A stretch of DNA of 59,321 bases. It comes from Catajapyx aquilonaris (taxonomy: Eukaryota). This document shows positions 41,901-54,353 of the stretch, piece by piece; position 1 is the stretch's first letter; each line of letters starts with the position of its first letter. Position numbers and translations under genes: made by a program. A model generated the notes under the pieces. That model was not told the DNA's origin. It did no database searches and was given only the letters and a program-made list of their open reading frames with translations. Where the stretch lies: positions 1 to 59,321 of the forward strand of contig JYFJ02002311.1 of the NCBI GenBank assembly GCA_000934665.2, given 5' to 3'.

Positions 41901-44347
41901 AAGCCAACCAGGAAGCTCATATCATTTTCAGTGCGAACCACAGTGTACAAGCCTTGGGTCTCGATGCCATTGTCCTTCAAAGAAGCTTCCATGTATCGCT
42001 TCCTTGCTGCACTCCCTAACACCACATTGCCCATCTCTGAGATGCAAGTGAACATTTGGTCTGCGTCCCCAAAGGCGCAATCTCTCAGGAAGTCGCCCTC
42101 CTTTGACATTTGATGAGACTCCTTTGGCTGTTCCATGAATGACCATGACACATACAGCTGCCAAGGAAAGACTCTTGAGTGAAGGGTGTCACACACAGTA
42201 TGTATGACGCAAGCTCACATACTCTATCTCCAAGAATGTAGAGGTCATTAGTGCTTCGATGGCGCACCACTTTTCTCAGGTTGAAATTATATGCATACAG
42301 AACTGTCACATTGCGTTCAAGCCGATCTTGAATGGAGTACTTGCAGGTGGGGGAATACTTGCAGATGGTGGTATCTCTCCAGCTCTGCCTGGATTGACTC
42401 TCTCCGCAGTTGTTGGGTCGGAGCGAAATGTAATGACTCTCATTGCCCTGAAGCGACATGTTGTCAGAACCCTACGTCTGGGCACAATTGAGGAGGCTTA
42501 CCTTGTGGTAAAATACCCAAAAGACTATTCGATGTGGGTTGTACACTGCTGTTTCTATTCCAGGTAGGAAGTCCTTCAGGTCAAAAGGCAGAAGGGTGTT
42601 TTTGTCGTTATTGTCCACCAAGACATCCCACTCCAAATATGGTATGGTTGCGTAAGCTACAATTGTGTGCCTTTGCGTGGTAGGAATAACCACAACGACA
42701 GTGTCATCTGAAACCAGAGGTAATGATCCAGTGTGATTGTTAAATTGTGATTTCGCAACAAGTGCTTACCAAATGAGTTGCCCTGGGAAGTATAGCACAG
42801 GTTGGAGTATGTGAAATGGACATTGGTAGATTCATTTTCCTGCAAATAATACCATGGAGTTTACTTACTGTAGCTAATGTAATATTGGCATTAACCACAT
42901 AATATATTTCAAAAGTAACTTCACCTTGAAGCAACCTGAAGAACTGGAATTTTGGCATGGATTCACCAGGGTGAAGTTTAATAAATTGTCATATTCAGTA
43001 CTGTGAACTCTGCAGGGTCCGTCTAAGGTTTTATTTAAAGCATTGCTCACTAGTACGCCTTTGGTGGTTGCAATGAGCATGCGCCAATTGGTCATTGCGA
43101 CGTCTAAAATCACAGTATCCTCACAATCTGAAGAGAGACATGGATGTGACACTTGACCAACAGAAGATGTAGCACGGACACTCACTTTTCAGATTCCTGC
43201 AAATGTGGGGTTTGAAGTCGTACCATGTGTCGAAGTACCCTTCTGCATATCGATAGAGGTACACACCAGTGAGTATTTTCTTGCCGAATCCAAAAAGTAT
43301 GACTGGAAAAGGGATGTGAAGATGCTGTGTTCATTGTTACCTGCTTGCTCCTGCTGGAACTTACCTTGATCATGGTAACAAGGATGTGGAATGGACACCA
43401 AGTTTGTGATTGGACTATCAATCACTGCCTTTCCCTTTGTGATGCTACCCAACTTCCAGCGGTTCAGTAACTCTTTCAAAAGTGAAATGTAATAAGTTAG
43501 TGATGGGCAGTTTTGTAAGCCAGGTCTTTCCATGAGACGAGTCACATACCTGATGTGAGATCAACAAGAACTCCATGACACTCCGCAGCTCCAGTGCCCC
43601 TTGTGAGCTCAACCAATACTTTCCATTGGTTTAAAATGGTTGAGTGGAAGTTTGTGCCCACGAGCTTCCTGTAAGTAAGATTGTTACGCATGCATTCATT
43701 TTAGAAACACTCATCACTCATGTGAACATTATTTTATAGGTGTCGTCTGATTCTTGGCCACCGCCTCCACATGAATGCTGCCCCACTTCAACTCAACCTA
43801 CTGCCTCGGGATGGTCACTTTCCAGTAGGGTCTCTCTCCATGCAAGCCCAGCTCAAAAGTGAACGACTCACTCCAGGTTAAGTTGTATATCATGATGGAC
43901 GGCTGGTTCCCTTTCATGTTGTAGTAGTGAGCAAGGGTTTTCCTCAAGGCCCATGTGTCAGATTCGGCAGATTCGGTGGAATACAACTGGCTGCGGAGCT
44001 CCTGTAAGTCCATGCATGATATTTTACGATAGAGTGTACCAAGAGGATCCGGCACCATTTTATTGTCTACTTATGATATTACCAATTGATCTGAATTCAT
44101 GAAGAGCAAGTTGTTCACTTCCTTCCCTTCACTCAAGTAGAACTCCTGTCTATCTGTGACCACCTGAATACCTGGTGGAAGACATATTATGCAACATCAT
44201 ACTCTCCAGCCCCATGTTCAAAAAGGATAACATGTACCCACTGATGGTTTTCCAAAACTTGTCATCATTGGGGTAAATGGCTGGTGGAGCAACAGACGTG
44301 ATGCCATGAATCGTCATCAGCAGTGCCAATAAGGTAGTGTACAACAT
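38982..44347 (-). CDS. CATSPERB: Cation channel sperm-associated auxiliary subunit beta (CatSper-beta)-like, multi-exon, apparently full length
   Basis: Signal peptide at 44347, then collinear blocks matching recalled CATSPERB: GNQPSIMIYNLTWSESFTFELGLHGERPYWKVTIPR; ILDVAMTNWRMLIATTKGVLVS; YATIPYLEW; VNYRPPSHLGIGLHMSNHVYNADP (~40282-40210); GVFKLCHGKKTREECGCEEWMKLSESVQYSDCREK (~39914-39811); GPYYVMVEEVNSR; VWDPDDLYMVLKGSGMYHVKI; FAIFIKEPPMPYP followed by one TM helix. The last exon (to 38982) is inferred; an unspliced stop lies at 39134. Minus-strand AATAAA at 38946-38951. Confidence 0.88.
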
Positions 44348-45517
44348 GGCGCTTCTGTACTTGCTACGATTAATTGTTACATCAGGGCATGGATTTCATT
44401 ATGCAACCATTAATTTATAAACTCTCACCAGCAGCTATATTATTTTTCAACAATAGCCAGAATCTGATGAATGGAATAAAACACTGAATATTGTCAACAA
44501 CAACGTTGGTGGTGGGCTACTGTGAGAGAAGTAGCATATGTATTTTCTAACATAAATTAGAGTATGTTTCATTGTTCAATTACATGGCTGGGAAACATTA
44601 TTTACCACAATCTCCTAGAGGATGGTATCAACAGGGATGCTTCAGTTCAACCTTAGAAGTGATGAATATATTCTACACGGTGGGAAAAAAAGTGCTGGAG
44701 TAATAAGCTACTAAACAACAAGAAGCCAAGGTACACAATTTCTAATGGAACGACCAGGGAACGACTATCCAAGGTGATTTGTGAAGAATCAACTGTTGCC
44801 TGGCAACAACTACTTGTCCTTTGTGATGTCATGTATATGGGTTGATGCATTTATTGCCTAGTCTGCTGCACAATGAAAATAATGAGGTGTCCTGGAAGTT
44901 TAGTTAGTTTAGTCGTACATTGCAAAAATAATAATGTATGTCCATTATGTCAAATGTCAATTATTCATGTTATGCGCAAGTAGTTGTCAAACCCTATGCA
45001 ATTGTATTGACTTGTAACTACAGTAGAATAAAGAGGATGCCATTTTAATCAAGTGGTTTATGCCTGTGAATGTGATGGCACAAGCCCAAAGCATGTGATG
45101 AGACCAACACAACTTCTCATAGAATCCCCTTTCAGCTTGATTGGAAGGGTGAAAAATAAATTGAGCGAATTCTATACTTGCGGGAATGCTGATGACATGA
45201 AATAGTTCTCACAGCTTCAAGCTGTCACCAGCAGACAGGATAAAATGAAAGGAAGTCATAACATTTGAAGAACTTTTATTTCTCATCTATACAGCACCCA
45301 TATTAACAAGAAATGCATATTTTTATGCTGCACATCATAACTATTCTGGTCTACAATTTCTCACAGTCTATATTTTGTTCTACCGAGAGATATATGATTT
45401 TCTTCCCAAATTGTTACACACTGAAGAATCACTCTATATGTTATTTACACTATCTTTACATCTATCAACACACGAATACATTTTCTTTTCGCGTGTTTCC
45501 TTTGTCTTTGGGTCGCC

Positions 45518-47821
45518 TTAATTAATTTTCGTGACCTGTGAAGTATCACGTCGGCTTTTACACCAACGTGTGAAAGGTCGAATTGTCAGAAAATAAATCA
45601 ATTCGGCCACACTCACGAGGCTAAATCCAACGAAGAGGCCCACAATTCCTCCAAAACCAGCTGAAAAATTACAAATTTAACTGAGACCAATATTCTAGAC
45701 ATAAGTGTCGTGTTTACTTACAGATAAATCTGACTGCGGTAAACTGCAAGTCTCGTGTGTACTGTACGAATATCAAATCTTTAAAGAAGACTCGCAGTAA
45801 CACCAGATCTCTTCTGCACAAATAAGGAATGATAAAATGCGGATATTTACTTAAAATTAAAATTTGTTAAAAATATCTTACTCATTGACATCCTGCATAT
45901 CCTCCAAGTCTGAGATGTACATTGGGAAGTTGGCGCTGGTAGCTTCTGGAGTGTATGTCACTTCGTCACAGCTAGGTTTGCACTTACATGTCATGCTACT
46001 GACAGTGATAGTTTCTTTGTCCAACATGTCAGAACTAATAGTAATATTTGATTTGCCTTGAATGGACACAAATTTTTCTGCAAAATATATTAGTTAAATT
46101 AATGTGACCATCGCGTACAATCGTGCAGTGCAATTGCTTACTTGCGTTTCTGTTAATGCACATCGTTCCATTATAATCGCAAAGTTTGGCTTCCTCTGCA
46201 AAATTGTCAGTTGCAGTAAATAATTTTCAAATGATATATCATTTAGTTCAGCTTACATACCGAGGTTTGCGTACAGGTACGGAACACACCCGCAAGTTCT
46301 TCTCATGGACTCCACCTGACATTCCAAGAAGCAGTTGGCATAACTGTAGGTCGAGTAAAATCTTAACTTAAATTCCGATGGAAGTGAACATCCTCTCTTG
46401 TAGCTCGGAGTCTTCTCAACGTCACTTGAACTGTCGATCATGACTGGTCTGACTGGCACAAAGACTTCTTTTCCCGAGTTGACCAAGAACGACTTGGCGG
46501 CCACATCTGGAAAATTCCACGGGCTGTGAATCAGCACCTGTAAAAATAATATTAACTACAGTACTTAACAATCGAAATTATATTTCTATATGCAATATGC
46601 GACCTTCCATACCTTAAACCCATCAATAAAATCATTTGCTGCAAAATACTGATCCAACTCTGGATCCAGCATAATCGTGATCCCCATGTTTGGTCCTGCC
46701 CCGCTCACCACTCTGGGAACAAACTCCTTTTCATCAATGCTGTGTGATCCGGCTGTTGGAGCTTCACCAACACCATCGTACAAATAGTCTATGCTGAAAC
46801 AACAGACCATTATGCCAACAAACCTCAGACACCAACAGTCATATTCAACCTGGCGCCTGCATCACTTGGTTTGTCCTTCATTGGCACAGAGTTGAACGAC
46901 CAACAATACCCTTGGTTTGTGAGCCTCAATGTGAGAAGATCTGAGCAGTTGTATGGTTTACCAGCCCACCAACATCTTATGGCCATGTCATTCAAAGGGT
47001 GGATCACCTGTGATATGAAAAGCAGGACATATCGTGACAGAGGGCAGTCACATACTACAAACTGTTCACATACAGATTTCATCAGGTCGTCCACATACTC
47101 CTTTTGCTCGTTCACAATCTTCTCAACCATTTTGTCATGAGCTGGTTCATAGAATTTAACCGCACCTACTTCAGACATCAGGTGTATAACTTTGAACACA
47201 TCAGCTTCAGAATAATTCGACCACCTGAGGAAAGTTAGCGTGTATACATTTCCATTAACAGCAACAATAGTGTAGCTACTCACGGCGATTGCTTGACGGC
47301 CCTCATGACATTGTCGCGTCTTGCCTGGTTGATGTTGCACACTGTCACTGCCGGAAACGGTATCTCCCAAATTGGCACCGCTGTCGATCTGATACTAATT
47401 GCCGTCTGCGATTCTAGATACGATTCAAACATTCTAGCCAGCATCCACAACGCTCCTGTTACGGCTAAGCAGCAAACCAGAAACCACATAACTCTGAAAG
47501 TAACACTATCTATAGCCTTAATTAGATATATGGCATTAAACTGACTCTATACCTTTCCCAAAAGAAGTTACTCGAATCGGTGCTGTACTTGATGCCATGA
47601 AGAGACGCATTTTCAGTGTATTCCCTGAGACTCTGAACTGCACACTCCATAATATTTGGTTGTCTCTTAACACCACTGATGTCCTCACCATTGTTTCTAG
47701 GCTGTGGATCCATCCTCATGTTGCTCGTTTCTTTGTCCCACGAATACATGGGAGCACCAATCTTCCTGGCCCATGCTGAAGGCATAGATGGCCTGATGTA
47801 GTTTGACCTTTCACGACGCAT
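45518..47821 (-). CDS. DEG/ENaC sodium channel, pickpocket-like
   Basis: NASLHGIKY (HG motif), TM1 WFLVCCLAVTGALWML, IPFPAVTVCNIN, TNQGYCWSFN, YSYANCFLEC..CGCVPY, CKCKPSCDE, and TM2 FGGIVGLFVGFSLVSVAELIYF. An extra 5' exon near 47880-47930 is possible. Confidence 0.93.
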
Positions 47822-48160
47822 AGTTGCTGAAACGAACTGTATTTTCACCGATTGTTTAGTTACAAAGAGACAAAACTTACTGACAATGTTGTCCTTGTGA
47901 TGGTTGAACAGGTAGTCCTTCCTCGACTATCTAAATGTTCGATTGTGATGGTAGGAGGGACCTTATTGAGCGTCCAAATCATGCATGCCAATGAATAAAA
48001 CCCTTTGCGTGTGTAGGACACACAAAGAAAACTTAAATAATAAAGCTCGCTAGGATTGTGTAAGTAGGAAGTGCTTCAAGTAGTTTTTTAAATATGTGGC
48101 AGACTAAGTAGCATAAATATTTATTGCAAGGCGCATAAAAATAATATTTACATTCACAAG

Positions 48161-51100
48161 CTATTTCTTTCTGTCTTTTATTTGTGTCATATTAGCTCCT
48201 CTTCCAACATTAGCAGCAGGAATGGCAGCTTTTTCTTGTGGAATATGCGTAGTAGTGTTGGGCTTCATGGGCACAATTGCCTTGAGTTTAGGTCTTCTCC
48301 GTCTTTGCACGATGGCTACCACAATCTGACAAAAGAATGTCAAACATAGCATAATATGTTGCAACAAAAAACAGGCCACATTTTACTAGCTTTCAATCAA
48401 CATCGATCAAAATGACATAGTGTGCCCATACATGCTGAATTATCGTGACAAACAGTCAATATTACCTAGGTGTTATTGGGAATTTCCCAATCAATAGAGC
48501 ACGACCAGAATAGGGTCGATATAGCTTCAATTTTGGGTAACTCACGCAAATGTCAGCTAAACAATGGGTCAACACTTTCAACAATGTAAACAATACAAAT
48601 GTTTCTGACATCAATGCCATTTTCTGGTTGAATGTGTAAAATGATCTTCAGTTGAACCAGTGATTCGCACATAATGGTGCATAAAATGAGTTTTTAATCA
48701 CACTTATTGGCAGTGTACTGCACAATATTACCTCCGATCCCATAATTGCAAATGCTGATATGGTTCCGATAATGAGGAGCAGAAAGACAGGCGTGCTCTG
48801 CTGCATGTCCACGGGTATCCAGACGTTTCCATCGCACTTGGGAGGACCAGGGAAATACTTGGAGTAAAGGCGGTTGAGTATTCCAGTCATGTGGAGTTTC
48901 ACAATACTACAAGATGTAATGAAAACAAAAGGTTCCATTTCCATTGTTAGACTTTGCCAGAATCACATGGAGATATGCATACTTGTAGTTGAGGATGTGC
49001 CTGTAAGGAGACTTTTTCCTCAAACCATAGGCCAGTCCATTTGGAAGGTAGTGCTTTGGTATGGGTATGACACTGCAAGTTATGCTTATTGGTAGATCCC
49101 TGCTCAGTATGGTCCTGGCAGCCAATTCGTCAGCTAAGAACGCATAATGACCCTGCAGATAAACAAGTCCATTAGGCTACTGTATTGTGTAACAATTTCT
49201 TACAAACCTAAAGCCTCTTCTACAGTAGCGGTAGATGTGTTCCTACCTGAACAACCTTTTGAAACCCTTGTTGCAAGTTGTTTACAACATTGTCGGGTCT
49301 TGCAAGAACCAAGTCATGGTACAGGCTGTAGAACTCAGTTCCTTCTTCCGCAAGCTAGAAGCATTTGCAGTGGGTGCATGGAATCAAAAAAATGAACTCC
49401 CAAAAATATTCAGACTGCACAACATATCAGACATGTTCCGACTCACCTCAAAAACAAGGCTAGCTGCATCATTCGATTCAAATCCCAGGTTCCACCCGGC
49501 CATGTCAAGCAGGTCTCTCATTTCTGCGAACGGCATGGTGGTCACCTCCGTGGCCAGGTGGGAAATCAGCTGTGCCGAGTAGCTGGTGTAGCCCACCAGA
49601 AAGAGTATGTAGGCCATCCAAAACACAATCCGACCTGGAGTGTTGCTGGGCTCCACCCATGAACCTTTACAAGTGAAACATCACATGTTGACATTTTTAA
49701 TGTGGAGGATCCACGTAAGTTATACCACTGTTTGGAGCAACCTAAAGACTTGGTACCATTTCAAATATTCGCCACAATCATGTATCATGCAACACAAGTA
49801 TTCAATCCTACTTTGCTCGGAGACGATTACATGACAGTCTGCAAGAAAAGAATGTGCCATATAGGTAAGGGAGAGGAACGGTGGCAAGTGATAATTTTAA
49901 AAAAGATTACACATACACACACAATTCATAGAACAGCCAAGTGTCTCATTCCGGTACTGAAAGAGAGTTATGAATCATCCACCATGACTCCTGCATGTTG
50001 TGGATTAGTAACGTGAATTTGAGGAATAATTTCACCGTCTTTCTCACAAGGATATTAATATTCAACCACTGGGTTTCCGGTGCTTCATATATTTTATTTG
50101 TGTATCACAGATTTTCTTTTAAAGGAACTTGCTAACATAGCAAACTACTACTGGTAGGCACACAACCAAAAGTATGTATTCACATTCCTGACTGGGAGAT
50201 AAAGAGATACTGCTTGGATGCCATGTGATGTTAGGGGACACGGGGATCCTCTCGCTCTTGAGGTTCGCATCCTTAGTGCCGGATTTCAAAATTGGACATG
50301 GTGTACTTGGGGATGGTCATCTCGTTCCTGAAGGACGTCTTGTCAATCCTTGACTGGGGACTTCCGGTGAACTGCAGCCAAGCCTTCCTGCATGCCAGAT
50401 AAACAGATAATAATATTAGAAAAATTGCGCACGATGTACTGTAACAGTGGCATGGAAACTTGGGTACTGACTTCCCAACACCAGCCATCCATTCAATAAT
50501 GTTAACAATGGATGGCTAGCATCAGCCTAGCTTAAAGCAGTCTTCCATTACACGTACATGTTCTGCACTTTGGTTGGTACACCTTCCAGGAGCCCATGGA
50601 CAGTCCCTTTCTCGGTGTTCTTGCACCAGCCCTTCAGGCCTAGCTCCTTCCCCTTCTGCTGGGTGTGCTTGCGGAAAAACACCCCTGGAAAAACAAGAAC
50701 GGACGTGTTAGCAACACATCGTACCCAACAGTTGTGCTGTGTACACATGTGGCCAGACTCTGTCGGCACATGATTCGACACAGTCAACGTCAAGAGCTAA
50801 TGTCAACGTACATCCAATAATGAACTTGCGGAACTTCCCACTGTGTCACATTTCCATGGAGATCTCCCGCAACAATAGCAGTAAACAATGTTGCAGCCCA
50901 TGGAAATAGGTTAAGTGGAAGGCTCCATAAGTGCGTTCTCAGATGTCCGTTGACCATGCCCTGATGGGTACTACGGCCATACCGTCCTCAACGGCCCTGC
51001 ACTGCCAGTGCATACAATGTGAACATGAGTGCAAATAATATTCCATGGATTGGATATACTTGCCCTGCACCCTTCCAAAGACTTCGAACTCAACAGAGAC

Positions 51101-53056
51101 GAGCTTCGTCCCTGCCATCCCTTCCCGACTGTCTTCCGAGGGCCCTTGCGAGGTCTGCTCCTGTGCTTCAGCGGACATGCAGCCTCCCTCTTCCAGGTTC
51201 GAACAACGACTGGTTGTCCCTCCTTTTGTTGTTGGTGTCACCGTCGTTGTTGTGGCGACGCAGGGTCGGCAACAGGAGGCCAACAACGCCCAGGAAATGA
51301 TCAACAACCTTCTGAGCCGCATTCGGACCGCTGCTCTTCGGTTCACAGGAACGGTTCGGTTCGCGGTTCGGAATAAGGAACGAGCGCGACTTTCGAATGT
51401 GACATCATTCGTTCTTCATTAATTGCGGCGTTATTTTATTTAATTACAATTTGAGCATGGCCTCCAGTAAATGCATGAGAGCCCATAACTCCTTCTGGTT
51501 TGTTTATAAATGATAGGCTACTATAAATAGTTGGCCGTTGATCTAGCTATACATAGCTGAAAGTGCTATTGATCAACATACTGTGGGACCTTGCACAGCT
51601 GGGCATGTCCCCATCATGACACGCATAAAAAGGAGCGTCACGCTGAAGTTTATTCCCGTATTAGTGACGTACAAGCAATAAATCAAAGACCAATCGATTT
51701 TAAATACTATATTTCTTTTGAGATATTAATCATACCTTGCTGGCAAATAGCTGCGTAGACAACAAGGCACGAGTCTGCTGTTCCGATACTTTCAAGGCCA
51801 CAGTTCCACAACTGCGACACCCTGAGGGCCACCACCAACAATGGGATGCTGCACAGAAGGGCCATCCAGAGAGGGAAACTGAATGGGCTTATGTATTCCT
51901 TCAGCTTTAGTTCCCTCGCAAACTCTCGCTTCACAAATAATACTTGGCTGGAAATAATATTGTTTAAAATATTGCGCTTTAATAGTGTGATTAATAATAA
52001 TGACCTGCTGCTAACTAGAGGTAGAGTGAAGTCAATAATTTTGCCTCTTCGTGGGTCCATTGTCAATTCATTTGTTGTGACTTCGACTTCACCTCGTTCC
52101 AAACTACCAACTGTACCGGTCCATTTCTGAGTTTTGGCATCCAGTGACCCGTATATGTCGCCTTCCGATCTGATCAAGTCTGTTCTGCAATGCAACTTTA
52201 CTGTAATATTTTCCTTTCTCTGTATATGTAAAATACTCACGTAAAATTCATCATGGATTCCAGGGCGAGCCAAACCTCTCCGAAGAATCCTCCGATTATT
52301 CTGTACTTCCCATTGTGTCCTTCAATTTCCTCCAGTTCACACCAGTGTTTGTAGTTCTGAAAATTCAACAATGTATTACTGTGAGGTGATACATTGTTGT
52401 GTACTATATACATACAAGTCCAATGGCCTTCATGACAAGTCCATCCAGATTACTTCTTTCTTCGTATTTGTGAATTCTTCTTTTAACAATGGCTATTTGT
52501 CCTGAATCGTTCCACTTGCCCAAATGTATTTTTCGGAGCGGGTAGGTCATACCTACTTTATATATTTCATATATCTGCAAAACGTATTTGTGAAGGTCAA
52601 GTGCGTGGACAAAATCAGTTGACAAATATTTACCTCAATGTCGTGATTCATGTCCACCACACCGTAGACAATGTCGTTATCAATTAGAGTTTCTAATCCC
52701 TTCAAAACCTCTATTAAATCAGAGTACTGAGATTTACCAACAAGAATGAGCCAGAAAAATCCACCATGGAAGCCTCCAGATTCTGAAACCTTAATTTGAC
52801 GACATGACCCCTTTAGTAAATTAAACTCTAAATATGTTGTGCAAATCACGTGTAATTAATCCCTGCTCACATTTTTCAAAAACCGATTGTCCCAGTCATT
52901 GTTGTTGAAGATAAATACTTTGAGGCTGTAGAAACTGTTCCACGCTCCAGAAGCGAGGTCATCTGGTTCCCAAAAGCGAACTTTGACTGCATGAGATATG
53001 GCAAGGAAAGCTGTTCGCAATTTAACTCCAAAAAATTCCGCTGACATCGCCGTGCC
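48161..53056 (-). CDS. Ionotropic receptor, multi-exon (IR75/IR64a-like); N-terminus not resolved
   Basis: GFFGEVWLALESMMNF; YGSLD...WTGTVGSLERGEVE..MDPRR..IDFTLP (S1 with conserved Arg); SPFSFPLWMALL (M1); ICQQG|; PGRIVFWMAYILFLVGYTSYSAQLISHL (M2); KKSPYRHILNY..KLHMTGILNRL; PVFLLLIIG (M3); last exon 48325-48161. Confidence 0.9.
50273..51322 (-). CDS. Acyp: Acylphosphatase, 3 exons, nested in the IR intron; possible long form with N-terminal hydrophobic extension (core starts at the ATG at ~51118)
   Basis: MAGTKLVSVEFEVFGRVQG|VFFRKHTQQKGKELGLKGWCKNTEKGTVHGLLEG..NM|KAWLQFTGSPQSRIDKTSF..FEIRH*, containing the G-x-VQGV-x-FR signature and the catalytic Asn (GW-x-x-N). Confidence 0.93.
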
Positions 53057-53379
53057 TATTTAAAAAATATATAAAATAATGATCAAATTATCGGTGCTAG
53101 CAATTTATTAGAAAAGACGTCAAGCTAAATAATTTATTTGGATAAGTAGCTGCCAGAATGAGCGATTGTTGGCGAAGTAAACACCACTTCGTATTATCGT
53201 TAAACTGTCAGCAATAGTGAATCATCTAATTATTTTGTGTCATAAAATTTTAATGGCAAATGGCAATTTGCACTTTCTTCTCTCGCGTGTTATTGTGGCA
53301 TCATTTTTTTGCCCTTGAACCGCATTATTTAGATATGCATTTCGTATAGCTGACACCTATATTACTTATTGATAGTTTC

Positions 53380-53846
53380 ATGAGCCAACATCTGATTGAT
53401 CACACGCAAGGGAATGGTTGTAATACCTTATTGGTCAGCAAGCATATGACCATGTACTACATATACACATCAAAATTTTTGAAATAATTTTTCTTTGTAT
53501 TATTTTACAGTATTGTCATAATCTGTCATGCATTTTATACTGTCAACCACTAGTACGTGCAAAGACACATCTAACCATTGCCGAAGTTATCGATGACATC
53601 CAAATCGTCGAAACTGTCCTTTTGACTATACACGTCCAAGAATCTGGACAACCAATTGGAACCCTCATGATGTCTGGTATGTGCACAAATCAGGAAAAGA
53701 ACAAATACCGTGCACTTGAGTATAACGCACATGATGTTGACCTCATGTTTTCACGCGGACAACACGCGTTCAACTGCTGGACACTTGCGACAAAGACACT
53801 GTTAATCGATGGCCTCTGCGCGGAAGATATGCGACGTCGTAAATAA
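53380..53846 (+). CDS. Small two-exon orphan gene, 129 aa, no family recognised
   Basis: Exon 53380-53433 (ATG..TTG|gtcagc) joins in phase 0 via ttttacag| to exon 53511-53846, which is open for 111 codons. AATAAA at 53861-53866. Confidence 0.5.
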
Positions 53847-54353
53847 ATCGAAAGGGGATTAATAAAAACAACAAGGCGCATAGGAAATTGTGTATTTATT
53901 TTGTTATTCAAATCACACAGTATAGGAACACAACAATTGTTTTTTTTATATTTTTAATAATATTCATTTTTGATCCTCAGCGACGGATATTTTCTTTTCT
54001 TCCCACTCGATATGTAGACAATCGCTTGTGAATTTTACATAAAGCATTATTGTTACTCACAAGCACTTCCGCAGTCTCACGTGCCAGTTTGTAAAGTTAA
54101 AAACAATATTCAAATAAACGATATCAGAGCGTACAAAAATAAATATGCAACATGGAGCAATATTTTGCCAGAACAAAAAGTTCCTGCTCTGATGAAAAAT
54201 ATGAGGAACGGAACAGAGGAGTAGAAGGCATTGTTGGGGGGTGACTAAATCTGTACAAAGGTTATGAAAAATGGAAGAAGCTATTTCTTTTCACGCAAAG
54301 TACAAATTTTTGGCATCGATGTTTGTCTCAATTTGGGTGGCGATGATGTCTTT

